A DNA stretch of 64,000 nt from an uncultured Gammaproteobacteria bacterium. Lineage in GTDB: Bacteria > Patescibacteriota > Patescibacteriia > UBA1558 > S5-K13. Each line of letters starts with the position of its first letter. Within the stretch, counting starts at the first letter, position 1. The stretch is taken from positions 96,163-160,162 of the forward strand of contig CAZXFD010000001.1 in assembly GCA_964640635.1 (NCBI GenBank), written 5' to 3'. Below, piece by piece: positions 1 to 9,385 of the stretch. The position numbers and the translations under genes were made by a program. Under the pieces are notes generated by a model that was given only the letters and a program-made list of their open reading frames with translations, did no database searches and was not told the DNA's origin.

Positions 1-26
1 GTAGTGTTTAATCATTATTAACCTAT

Positions 27-50
27 GGGGCAGAATTATTTTCTGCCCCC
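27..50 (+). terminator. GC-rich hairpin upstream of the YcaO locus (terminator or RNA-stabilising stem)
   Basis: GGGGCAGAA-TTATT-TTCTGCCCC inverted repeat; no U-tract after it. Confidence 0.5.
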
Positions 51-60
51 GTGTATCAAT

Positions 61-402
61 ATGCAATTAATAGAGATAAAATTTTTTTTAAATAGCGATT
101 TTATTAGTACTGAAAAAAATAAGTATAGACTTATTGGTGAAACCACAGAAAAAACAATATTAGTATCTTCTAGAATTAGTGTGTGTAAAAAGTGTGTTCA
201 AAAAAGATTACTTTCTTCAAGTTTTTTTTCTATTAAAAAATATAAGACAACTTCAGAAGAAAATAAAAAAAATATAAGAGAAGTTGTGCAAAAAATATCT
301 AAATATGAAAATCAATTATTTGAATATGAAAAACAGGGTAAAAAAATTATTTTTACAAAAAGACACAATTTAATACCAATACCCGGTTGTAATTGTAAAT
401 AA
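61..402 (+). CDS. Small Cys-motif protein resembling a minimal ThiF/E1-like cyclodehydratase partner
   Basis: CKKCVQKR (CxxCxxxR) and C-terminal HNLIPIPGCNC resemble the Zn-binding motifs of TOMM C/E1-like proteins; ends 2 nt before YcaO. ATG 61 preferred over ORF-track start 25, which runs through the hairpin. Confidence 0.55.
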   Translation: MQLIEIKFFLNSDFISTEKNKYRLIGETTEKTILVSSRISVCKKCVQKRLLSSSFFSIKKYKTTSEENKKNIREVVQKISKYENQLFEYEKQGKKIIFTKRHNLIPIPGCNCK

Positions 403-404
403 CA

Positions 405-1682
405 ATGAATAAATTAATAAAAAATTTAAATGATCTAGACTTCTTTGTTGATGCAGATATTAAATGGATAGATGAAATTTTTAGTGAAAAAACTGGTATT
501 ATTAATGCCATACTAGAAAGATTTGAATTAAAACGATACAATTTTAAAATGTTTCAATCGTTAACATGTAATGCTAAAATAATATTTGATTTAGATAGGG
601 AAATATCCAGCGGAGGACTTGGGGTAAGCAAAGACAGAAAGAATGCTTTTCTTGCTTGTATAGGAGAATCAATAGAAAGATATTGCTTATCTTATTATAA
701 AGAAGGTAAATTATTATTTTCAAAATTCCAAACATTACCAAAAAGCAAGAGAATTGAAGACTTTCAAATATATACAAATCAACAATACAAGAGAAATAAA
801 ATATTTCTTAATCCGAGAACAAAAGCCATTTATTGGGAAAAAATATATTGTATATTTAATAGAAAAAAATATATATATTGGCCAGCTAGTTTAATTTATA
901 TGCCATTCAAAAATGAATCTGTTGCTGAAATTTCATCTACAGGGGTATCCGCTCACAAAAATATAAAAAAATGTATAATTGGGGGTATTTTAGAAATAAT
1001 AGAAAGAGATGCAATAATGATAAATTTCCTTAGAAATCTAAACCCACATGAAATAAATTTAAATACAATTACGGATAAAAACAAAGAATTAATAAGGCTT
1101 ATAAGAAGAGGATATAAAATTAAGATATATAGGTTGTATAGCGATATAGATATACCTATATTTATGGGTCTAATATGGAGGCAGGGTAAAAACGGAATTC
1201 ATTACGGAATAGGAGCGTCTGCAGGTTTAAGTTCAGAAATGGCAATAGAAAAGACACTGAAAGAATGCTTGTTCACATATTTTTATGGAAGGTATTTACT
1301 TAAACAAAAACCCAAAAATAAAAGACAAATAGATGCGTTATTTAAGCACTTTTTATATTATCAGGGAAAAAATTTTAAGAAGCTATTGTCCCTAATGTCG
1401 GTGTCAAAATCTATTAATTATGATAAAATTATAATATCAGAAAAAGAATTGCTGCGGTATTTTAAAAAAAATAAGATCAAAGTATTCTTTAAAGAACTGA
1501 CCACCCCAGATGTAAATAACAAAAAAATTAAAGTTGTAAGGGTTATAATTCCAGGGTTTCTAGATTTAAATAAAAAATATAATTTGACAAAGCTAGGTTC
1601 GAAAAGACTATGGGACGTACCAAAAAAATTAAATTTAAAATCCAATAAATTTATAACAAAAGAACCGCACCCATTTCCCTAA
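405..1682 (+). CDS. YcaO-family protein (azoline-forming cyclodehydratase type)
   Basis: SSGGLG..ACIGESIERY and SSTGVSAH..GILEIIERDA ATP/Mg motifs; C-terminal PHPFP (PxPxP) tail. Confidence 0.9.
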   Translation: MNKLIKNLNDLDFFVDADIKWIDEIFSEKTGIINAILERFELKRYNFKMFQSLTCNAKIIFDLDREISSGGLGVSKDRKNAFLACIGESIERYCLSYYKEGKLLFSKFQTLPKSKRIEDFQIYTNQQYKRNKIFLNPRTKAIYWEKIYCIFNRKKYIYWPASLIYMPFKNESVAEISSTGVSAHKNIKKCIIGGILEIIERDAIMINFLRNLNPHEINLNTITDKNKELIRLIRRGYKIKIYRLYSDIDIPIFMGLIWRQGKNGIHYGIGASAGLSSEMAIEKTLKECLFTYFYGRYLLKQKPKNKRQIDALFKHFLYYQGKNFKKLLSLMSVSKSINYDKIIISEKELLRYFKKNKIKVFFKELTTPDVNNKKIKVVRVIIPGFLDLNKKYNLTKLGSKRLWDVPKKLNLKSNKFITKEPHPFP

Positions 1683-1705
1683 ATATTTACTGATAAAATA
1701 ACAAT

Positions 1706-3337
1706 ATGGAAAAAATAGATATAGAACTACAAGAAAATCAACAAGATAAAAATATCGAAAATAACGATCCTTTTGAAATAAAAAAGAAGATTATTCCAGA
1801 TGAATGGAAAGAGGATATTGACAATATACTCACCAAAGACCTTCTTGGTGCAAATAGATATTTTGTACAAACAAATCCAAATATTTCAAAATCTGTGGAA
1901 TTGGAAGCGTCAAAACACCCACGAGATTTTTATAAAGACCTAGTAGAAAGATGGGGTTGGCATAATGAGTTTTATGAAAAACTTCTTGAACCATCAATAG
2001 ATTTTTTACTTGAAGCAAAACATACGGAATTATCCCCAGAACAAATAAAAGTCATAATTCAAGTATATCAAACTGCTTCAATGGTTGATGTTTCTACACT
2101 ACAAATAAGCGGTGCTATAAAAAAGAATATAGATAAATGGATAAATGATCCAATATTTAGCCAACTTTCAGAGAAAGAAAGGAATTTAGCAATTACCCCA
2201 CCACAAGAAAATTTTTGGCTTAAATATCATATAGATCATTTACAATATATAAAAGCATTAAATTTGGGAGATAAAGAGACCGCCAAAAAATTAAAGCTTG
2301 AATTATTAAATAAATATCATATAAATGATGAAAAAATCTTTCTTGGCAGACAAAAGCCATTTTCAAGATATGATGAAAAGTCAATTGAAAAAATAGATAA
2401 AGAGATAGAAAGCTTATCTATTAGTCCAGAACAAAAAATAGAACATTTCTATCTTACAATGGAAAGACCCACATTAAAATCAATAAGAGATATATTAATA
2501 TATGATAATGTAGAAGAATATAGATTATTGACTTCTTTGTTTGGGATTTCTGGATTTATATTAAGAAAAAAAATTCTTGAATATCTTTCTGAATCAAAAA
2601 TATTACCAAATAATGGACAAATATATGAATTTGATGACCTCACAATTAAAAGTGCTCTTGAAAAATTACTTGAATACAGGTGTGATTTTTTCAAAAAAAA
2701 TATAAATACATATAAACAAACTGGGGATACTTGTGGTGCTGCGAGTCTAATGATGGTCTTAAATTACCTATCCAATTTTGATTTAAATAAAGAGAACGAA
2801 GAAATATTAAATAATAAGTCTAAGTCTCAATACATATCAGGAAATCATTTTTCTGCTTTAGCAAATGAAGCAAATAAGTTTAATTTGGAAACAAAACTTA
2901 TTCATTCAGAAAAGAATTTATTCAAAAATGATAGATTTTTTGACAAAGAATTGTTTGTAAAATTAACTAAGGAATATAATGACTATCTAAATTTAGCAAA
3001 ATCATCTGGAACACAAGTAGAAACCAATGTTTTAATTAATAGTAAAACTATAAGAGAATATTTGGATCAAAATTATTTGATTCTATTAGCTGGCAAACTA
3101 GGACAAATATTTCATTCTATAGTTGTATGTGGTCACAATGAAAATGGAATAATAATTAATGACCCACTACGTACAAAGCAAGAGGTGTATAGTAATGAAT
3201 ATATAGAAAATTTTATGTCTACTCAAATAGGTAGGTGGGCACTTTTAATAAGGAAAGATTCATCTAGTGTAAAATTATTACTAGATAATCTTAATTCATT
3301 TCGACAAAAATCCAAAAAATATATGTCAGTAAATTAA
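1706..3337 (+). CDS. Protein with unknown N-terminal region and C-terminal C39-like cysteine peptidase domain
   Basis: YKQTGDTCGAASLMMVL (Q..C), HSIVVCG (His), INDP (Asp) triad pattern of C39-like peptidases. Confidence 0.7.
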   Translation: MEKIDIELQENQQDKNIENNDPFEIKKKIIPDEWKEDIDNILTKDLLGANRYFVQTNPNISKSVELEASKHPRDFYKDLVERWGWHNEFYEKLLEPSIDFLLEAKHTELSPEQIKVIIQVYQTASMVDVSTLQISGAIKKNIDKWINDPIFSQLSEKERNLAITPPQENFWLKYHIDHLQYIKALNLGDKETAKKLKLELLNKYHINDEKIFLGRQKPFSRYDEKSIEKIDKEIESLSISPEQKIEHFYLTMERPTLKSIRDILIYDNVEEYRLLTSLFGISGFILRKKILEYLSESKILPNNGQIYEFDDLTIKSALEKLLEYRCDFFKKNINTYKQTGDTCGAASLMMVLNYLSNFDLNKENEEILNNKSKSQYISGNHFSALANEANKFNLETKLIHSEKNLFKNDRFFDKELFVKLTKEYNDYLNLAKSSGTQVETNVLINSKTIREYLDQNYLILLAGKLGQIFHSIVVCGHNENGIIINDPLRTKQEVYSNEYIENFMSTQIGRWALLIRKDSSSVKLLLDNLNSFRQKSKKYMSVN

Positions 3338-3785
3338 AATTTCTAATCAATAGTAAATCATATGTTAACTTAAGATTTATATATGATAATGGAATAAATT
3401 AGTTTTGCCAAATGCTTTCTTTAGGGATTGTACTAAAGAAAGTGATGTGGGGTAATAAATTTATATATATATTTTAAAATTCGGCGCAAAAACCGTATTT
3501 TTTTGTCGTTGAACTGTATGCTAAAAAGTAGATACAATGTGTCTCTCTTTTATAGTGTGTCATATGCATCACTTTATAGTATATTACACTTATTATTTAT
3601 TCATTATGAATATAAGTGTTATAAAAATCAAGTTGTTTTTTAATCCATTTATATCCATAAAACCCTTTAAACATTGTTAACGTGGAGTGGGGGGTAATGA
3701 ATCTGTATTGGGGGTATCATCAAACATCGTTAAAAGCGATGTTTTTTGTTTTTTAAATACTTGTTTTGATGTATAATTAGTGTAT

Positions 3786-4181
3786 ATGAACACATACAAC
3801 TGGTATTCACAATTAATCAAGCCTTCTTGGTCTCCACCATCTTGGATTTTTGGTCCAGTTTGGTCATTTCTCTATGTTCTCATTATTGTTTCATTTGGAA
3901 AAGTATTTATAATGACTTTTCAAAAACAAATTCCTTTTGTCGTTGCTTTACCATTTGTTCTTAATATTATTTTTAATTTATCTTTTACGCCACTTCAGTT
4001 TGGATTAAAAGATAATTTATTAGCTGCAGTTGATATTCTTCTTGTTCTAATCACGCTTATTTGGGCAATTGTTGCAATTTATCCTTATATGCGATGGATT
4101 TCATATATTCAAATTCCTTATTTGCTCTGGGTTTCTTTTGCAACTATTTTACAATTAACTATTACATACCTAAACAAATAA
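3786..4181 (+). CDS. tspO: TspO/MBR family tryptophan-rich sensory protein
   Basis: WYSQLIKPSWSPPSWIFGPVW and PYLLWVSFAT motifs; ATG 3786. Confidence 0.9.
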   Translation: MNTYNWYSQLIKPSWSPPSWIFGPVWSFLYVLIIVSFGKVFIMTFQKQIPFVVALPFVLNIIFNLSFTPLQFGLKDNLLAAVDILLVLITLIWAIVAIYPYMRWISYIQIPYLLWVSFATILQLTITYLNK

Positions 4182-4182
4182 T

Positions 4183-4581
4183 ATGTTTATAAAATTATAT
4201 TTTATAGCTTTACCAGTGTTTCTTGTCATTGATATGATATGGCTTGCTTTAATAGCAAAGAATTTTTATGCCAAACAAATTGGTTTTTTGATGAAGCCAA
4301 ATATTAATTGGGGTGCTGCTATTATTTTTTATCTAATATTTATCGTAGGACTTGTTTTATTTGTTATTACACTAGCTATACAAAAAAATTCTTGGTCGCA
4401 TGCAATTTTGTTTGGAGCTTTGTTTGGGCTTGTTGCCTATGCGACATATGATCTTACAAATTTAGCAACCATAAAAGATTGGCCAGTTATAGTAACAGTC
4501 GTTGATTTGATCTGGGGTATGGTGGTTGCTGGCTTAGTGTCGGTAATAAGTTTTTTCATTGCTTCTAAAATTGGTTTATGA
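4183..4581 (+). CDS. DUF2177-family membrane protein
   Basis: DMIWL...[15 protein letters not shown]...VDLIWG pattern, about 4 TM segments. Confidence 0.8.
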   Translation: MFIKLYFIALPVFLVIDMIWLALIAKNFYAKQIGFLMKPNINWGAAIIFYLIFIVGLVLFVITLAIQKNSWSHAILFGALFGLVAYATYDLTNLATIKDWPVIVTVVDLIWGMVVAGLVSVISFFIASKIGL

Positions 4582-5351
4582 ATTATTATTTAAACATAGC
4601 TTTTATATTATTCTTTTACATGAGTATTTGGTTTGTCATTTCTCTTTTGAAAAAAAGAAATGACGTTGCAGATATTGCATGGGGACTTGGATTTGTAATT
4701 ATTTCCTGGAGCTCATTTTTTATTTCGGGTGAATATAGTATAAGATCTATATTTGTAAATATTATAGTAATGATTTGGGGATTTAGATTAGCTTTTCATA
4801 TTTATAGGCGTAATAGAAAAAAACAAGAGGACTATCGTTATTTGCAGTGGAGAAATGATTGGGGTAAATGGTTTTTAATTCGTTCTTATTTACAAGTTTA
4901 TCTATTGCAGGGATTTTTTCTTTTTTTAATAGTGTTTTCAGTTGTATTTATAAATAGAAATTCTACTGGTGCGATTAATTTTTATGATATTTTTGGTTTT
5001 ATGATTTGGCTTGTAGGATTCTTTTTTGAAGTTGTTGGAGATTATCAATTGGCTAGTTTTATAAAAAATGTAGAAAATAAAGGTAAAATAATGCAAACAG
5101 GCCTTTGGAAATACACTCGTCATCCAAATTATTTTGGTGAGGTAATGCAGTGGTGGGGAATATTTATAATTGCACTATCATTGCCCATGGGGTTTATAAC
5201 AATCATAAGTCCGCTTACAATTACAATTTTAATCTTATTTGTTTCTGGTATTCCATTGTTAGAAAAGAAAATGATTGAGAATCCAGAGTTTAATGAGTAT
5301 AAAAAGAGGACAAGTATTTTTATTCCACTATTTCCAAAAAACAAAGATTAA
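4578..5351 (+). CDS. DUF1295 / steroid 5-alpha-reductase-like membrane protein
   Basis: [19 protein letters not shown] motifs; ATGA overlap with upstream gene. Confidence 0.85.
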   Translation: MNYYLNIAFILFFYMSIWFVISLLKKRNDVADIAWGLGFVIISWSSFFISGEYSIRSIFVNIIVMIWGFRLAFHIYRRNRKKQEDYRYLQWRNDWGKWFLIRSYLQVYLLQGFFLFLIVFSVVFINRNSTGAINFYDIFGFMIWLVGFFFEVVGDYQLASFIKNVENKGKIMQTGLWKYTRHPNYFGEVMQWWGIFIIALSLPMGFITIISPLTITILILFVSGIPLLEKKMIENPEFNEYKKRTSIFIPLFPKNKD

Positions 5352-5413
5352 TAATTTGGGGAGCTAAGTTACAAATCATTACATACCTTAGATTATGAAT
5401 ATATAAATTTATT

Positions 5414-5442
5414 AAAAAACATAGTTTAGGACTATGTTTTTT
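5414..5442. terminator. Intrinsic terminator
   Basis: AAAAAACATAGT-TTAGG-ACTATGTTTTTT hairpin with T-tract. Confidence 0.7.
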
Positions 5443-5499
5443 TGTTTTACTAATGCTTATTTTTGAGTTATCATAAATAATATAATTTATATTAAATTT

Positions 5500-6246
5500 A
5501 TGATAAAAAGGGGTGTAAAAATCTTTTTAATAATAATTGTTTTGCTTGTCGCTTATTTATTTATAGCTAATTGGCAAATTTATTATAGACTAGATCAGGC
5601 AGGATTAAAATCTACTGATAATAGGCATATTTATATTTTTAATGAAAATGTTGATAACCCTTATTTGATTTATGGATCAATGGGGGATAGTCTTACTTCA
5701 GGAGTTGGGGTTTCAAATTATGAGGAATCTTATACATATCAAGTAGCACAAAAAATAGCTACCACTTCAATAAGGGTCACGCATTTTAATTATTCATATC
5801 CGGGCGCTAAAACAAGTGATTTGATTAAAAATTTATTACCAAGCGTTATTGTTGATAATCCCGATGTTATAACCCTGTTAATAGGCATCAATGATGTCCA
5901 TGGCAATGTAAGTAAAGATAAATTTAGAGAAAATTATCAAACTATCTTATCAGGTCTCAAAAATCAGACAAAAGCAAAAATAAATGTTATTAGCATTCCA
6001 CTTATTGGATGTCGTTCTCTTTTGTGGCCACCCTATAATTATTATTATAAAACAAGAACAATTAGTTTTAATGGAATTATTAAAGAATTAGCAAGTGGCA
6101 ATGATATTAATTATATCGACCTAACTACACCAACCTCAAAATATGCTTATTCATATAGCCCTTATTACTCCAAAGATAAATTTCATCCTTCTTATGAAGG
6201 ATACAAATATTGGGCGAATATAATATATGACAATCTTAGTAAATAA
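5500..6246 (+). CDS. SGNH/GDSL hydrolase with N-terminal membrane anchor
   Basis: GDSLT, PGAKT, IGIND, DKFHP blocks. Confidence 0.9.
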   Translation: MIKRGVKIFLIIIVLLVAYLFIANWQIYYRLDQAGLKSTDNRHIYIFNENVDNPYLIYGSMGDSLTSGVGVSNYEESYTYQVAQKIATTSIRVTHFNYSYPGAKTSDLIKNLLPSVIVDNPDVITLLIGINDVHGNVSKDKFRENYQTILSGLKNQTKAKINVISIPLIGCRSLLWPPYNYYYKTRTISFNGIIKELASGNDINYIDLTTPTSKYAYSYSPYYSKDKFHPSYEGYKYWANIIYDNLSK

Positions 6247-7384
6247 TCCCGCGCAAGCAACTCTGATTTTTTCAATAATTTTTTTTGTTGTCTTTATTTT
6301 AACTATTCGTCCAAGAAAAGAGGAGAAGGGTTTCCAGTTTATACACAGCCAAGAATTAAAAGGACTAGCAATGTTTGCTATAATCTTTTCCCATATAGGA
6401 TATTTCTTAGTAAATGGTGATCAATTTTTGTTTCCACTTTCTGTTGCAGCCGGAGTGGGGGTAAATTTATTTTTATTTTTATCTGGATATGGACTTACAA
6501 TTAGTGCTTTTTCAAAACATTTATCAATTGTGGATTTTTACAAGCGTCGTTTATCCAAACTTTATCCTTCCCTGTGGCTTGTTGTTGTAGTTTTTGTAAT
6601 ATTAGATTTTTTTATTACAAAGCGAGTTTATAGTTTTAGCTATATAGCCCAATCATTGCTGGGACTTTTTAGAAGTGCTGATTTATGGTTGGATATTAAT
6701 TCACCACTTTGGTATGTTACTTTAATAATTTTTTATTATTTATTATTTCCACTATTTTTTTCTAGAAAATATTTTTATTTATCAGCTATTTTGTTTTATT
6801 TAGCGGGATATTTTGTAATATTTTGGGACCCTTTGTTTTTAAGTAAGGTTATAAAATTGTATCATTTACATATTTTGGCATTTCCTCTGGGAGTATTTAT
6901 TGGTGGATTGGTTTTTCGTTATAAAGATAGTATTATAGAGACATTTATCAATAAATTTTGGATAAAAATTGAGCCACGTAAAATTTTGAAAAAGATTATT
7001 TATTATTTATTTTTGATATTTTTGTTTTCTATTATAGTTTATGTTTTAAAGAATTCACATGTTGACGATGGATATAAATTGGAACAAGGAACTAGTCTAC
7101 TAACCTGTGGATTGATACTAGTTTTGTTTGCAATGAAAAAGTTTGAAAGTAGATTACTTTATGTATTTGGTTTTTATTCTTATGAAATTTATCTTCTTCA
7201 TTGGTCAATTATGTCTCGTTTCGATATTTTTTATAAGTATTTACCAGCTTGGCTAGCAACTATTTTTTATCTAATATTTTTTGTTTGTATCTCTTGGGCA
7301 TTACGATATGCAATAAACTCATTGATTTGCAAAATACGTTTGAAGATAAGGGGTAATAGTAAATCATTAAAAAAGATAACCTAG
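6227..7384 (+). CDS. Acyltransferase-3 family membrane protein
   Basis: ELKGLA..IFSH, GVNLFLFLSGYGL, FYKRR..LYP, SYEIYLLH. Confidence 0.85.
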   Translation: MTILVNNPAQATLIFSIIFFVVFILTIRPRKEEKGFQFIHSQELKGLAMFAIIFSHIGYFLVNGDQFLFPLSVAAGVGVNLFLFLSGYGLTISAFSKHLSIVDFYKRRLSKLYPSLWLVVVVFVILDFFITKRVYSFSYIAQSLLGLFRSADLWLDINSPLWYVTLIIFYYLLFPLFFSRKYFYLSAILFYLAGYFVIFWDPLFLSKVIKLYHLHILAFPLGVFIGGLVFRYKDSIIETFINKFWIKIEPRKILKKIIYYLFLIFLFSIIVYVLKNSHVDDGYKLEQGTSLLTCGLILVLFAMKKFESRLLYVFGFYSYEIYLLHWSIMSRFDIFYKYLPAWLATIFYLIFFVCISWALRYAINSLICKIRLKIRGNSKSLKKIT

Positions 7385-7423
7385 AGCTATGTTCTATTTT
7401 ATTAAAAGGAGTAAGATTAATGT

Positions 7424-8434
7424 ATGAGCAAAAAATTACACATAGCATTATTTATAGTTATTTCACTAATAATTGTATTTGGGATTTATGAAACTTTGAA
7501 CAAATCAATGATAGAAGAGGTTATTGTCCCTACTAATATAATTAATTATCTTATTTCGCAAGAGGATGCGGCAAAATATTGCAATGGTGATAATATGGAT
7601 AGCATTGGATACCAAAAAACAATTACTATTTCAAAGTCTGTGGTGACTAAAGAAATTAACTCAACGAAGCTTGATGTAATCAAGCAAACATTAAGCATGG
7701 CAACGGAGGGCATGTGTAAAAGTGTTATAAGTAGTCTCGATATTACAGAAAAGGATGGGATTGTTTATATACCAGAGTTTGATGCTTGGGCAGGGGTATC
7801 AATAGTAATGTGTTATTGTAAACCTCAGATAGAGGTGAATTTACTTCAAATTCCAGGAATTACAAATGTTGTTTGGTCAAAGGCTGTAACTAATTTTGAA
7901 GAGTGTGTTTCTACTGGAAGTCCTGTGATGGAGTCATATCCAAGACAATGTAAATATGGGGATAAAAATTTTATAGAAGATGTTGGCAATGTATTAGAGA
8001 AAATAAATCTTATTCGTCTTGAAAATCCATTGCCAAATCAAGTTATTACTAGCCCACTTGTTATAAAGGGGCAGGCAAGAGGATTTTGGTTCTTTGAAGC
8101 AAGTTTTCCAGTTATGCTAGTAGATTGGGATGGTAGAATAATCTCTGAAGGGGTCGCAAATGCTAAGAGTGATTGGATGAGTGAGGAATTTGTTCCATTT
8201 GAGGCAACCCTTACTTTTGTAGTGGATAAAAATGTATATAGCAATAGAGGAGCATTAATTCTAAAAAAAGATAATCCATCAGGACTACCTAAAAATGATG
8301 ATGCACTTGAAATTCCTATTATATTTGCAACTGGATCTAGTGCTATTGCTTGCACTCAGGAAGCAAAATTATGTTCAGATGGCTCATATGTTTCTCGCTC
8401 GGGAGTAAATTGTGAATTTACAAAGTGTCCATAG
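7424..8434 (+). CDS. Secreted modular Cys-rich protein with Gmad2-like Ig domain
   Basis: N-terminal TM; NFEECVSTGSPVMESYPRQC; SPLVIKGQARGFWFFEASF (Gmad2-like); C-terminal CTQEAKLCSDGS..CEFTKCP module. Confidence 0.7.
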   Translation: MSKKLHIALFIVISLIIVFGIYETLNKSMIEEVIVPTNIINYLISQEDAAKYCNGDNMDSIGYQKTITISKSVVTKEINSTKLDVIKQTLSMATEGMCKSVISSLDITEKDGIVYIPEFDAWAGVSIVMCYCKPQIEVNLLQIPGITNVVWSKAVTNFEECVSTGSPVMESYPRQCKYGDKNFIEDVGNVLEKINLIRLENPLPNQVITSPLVIKGQARGFWFFEASFPVMLVDWDGRIISEGVANAKSDWMSEEFVPFEATLTFVVDKNVYSNRGALILKKDNPSGLPKNDDALEIPIIFATGSSAIACTQEAKLCSDGSYVSRSGVNCEFTKCP

Positions 8435-8495
8435 ATATTCTCAAGTATTTATTGAAATTTAAATAATTAATACTAAACATTAACAAACAACAAAT

Positions 8496-9260
8496 ATGGA
8501 TAATGACAATGTATTTCATGGATCAAAAAGAGGGCATATGTTTATAGTTGCTCTTTTGATTTTGGCAGTTACATCTATTGTGATCATAGCCTTAGTTACA
8601 ACTGGCAAAACAAGTGATCAAGATCGTTTTACTGTTACTGGTTCTGGAACTGTTTATGCTAAAGCAAATATTGCAAATATTGAAGTGGGTTTAAAGACTG
8701 AAGCCAAGAAAACTGCTGCTGAAGCTACAATTGAAAGCACCAAAAAAATGAATGACATCGTAGCTGAATTGAAAAAATTAGGCATTGAAGAAAAAGATAT
8801 CAAAACATCGAACTACAATTTGAGCCCAGTTTATAATTATACCAATCAAAAAGGTCAAGAATTAATTGGTTATGAAGTAACACAAAATTTGACTCTTAAA
8901 ATCAGAGACCTTACAAAAATTGGTGATGTAATTGCAAAGACTACTGAAAAAGGTGCTAATCAAATAGGTAATATAAACTTCACTATTGATGATGAGTTTG
9001 CTCTAAAGAATCAAGCTAGAGAACTTGCCATAGTAAAAGCTCAAGAGAAAGCAGCTTTGATAGCAAAACAATCTGGTATGAAATTGGGTAGAGTAAAGGG
9101 TGTTTTTGAAAATTCTGATTCTACTGTACCCATTCGTTATGATTATACTAATGCTAAAATGGATCTCTCAGCTGGCGGTGCAGAAATTTCTGCTCCAAGC
9201 ATACAATCAGGACAAAACGAAATTAAAGTAGAGGTCTCACTTATTTATGAAATCAAGTAA
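8496..9260 (+). CDS. SIMPL (DUF541/YggE) domain protein
   Basis: TVTGSGTV.A, IKTSNYNLSPVY, GANQIGNINF, A..KA..IA pattern. Confidence 0.9.
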   Translation: MDNDNVFHGSKRGHMFIVALLILAVTSIVIIALVTTGKTSDQDRFTVTGSGTVYAKANIANIEVGLKTEAKKTAAEATIESTKKMNDIVAELKKLGIEEKDIKTSNYNLSPVYNYTNQKGQELIGYEVTQNLTLKIRDLTKIGDVIAKTTEKGANQIGNINFTIDDEFALKNQARELAIVKAQEKAALIAKQSGMKLGRVKGVFENSDSTVPIRYDYTNAKMDLSAGGAEISAPSIQSGQNEIKVEVSLIYEIK

Positions 9261-9299
9261 TACTTAAAAAGGTTTATCATTGAGCATATCTTATTTTTT

Positions 9300-9331
9300 A
9301 AAAACATCTCGTTAATTCGGGATGTTTTTTT
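9300..9331. terminator. Intrinsic terminator
   Basis: AAAAACATCTCG-TTAATT-CGGGATGTTTTT. Confidence 0.75.
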
Positions 9332-9385
9332 GGTTTTTTAAGGATTTTTTATATACCAGTCTTTTTATGTTATACTTTTAAGACT

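Noticed and set aside
3343-3370. dif/Xer-like site (CTAATCAATAG TAAATC ATATGTTAACT) at the RiPP locus boundary
   Set aside because: Only the XerD-like arm resembles consensus; too weak in AT-rich DNA
3442-3716. Repeated GTGGGGTAAT-like motifs in the 440-nt intergenic gap
   Set aside because: Two or three short imperfect copies with no structure or function I can support
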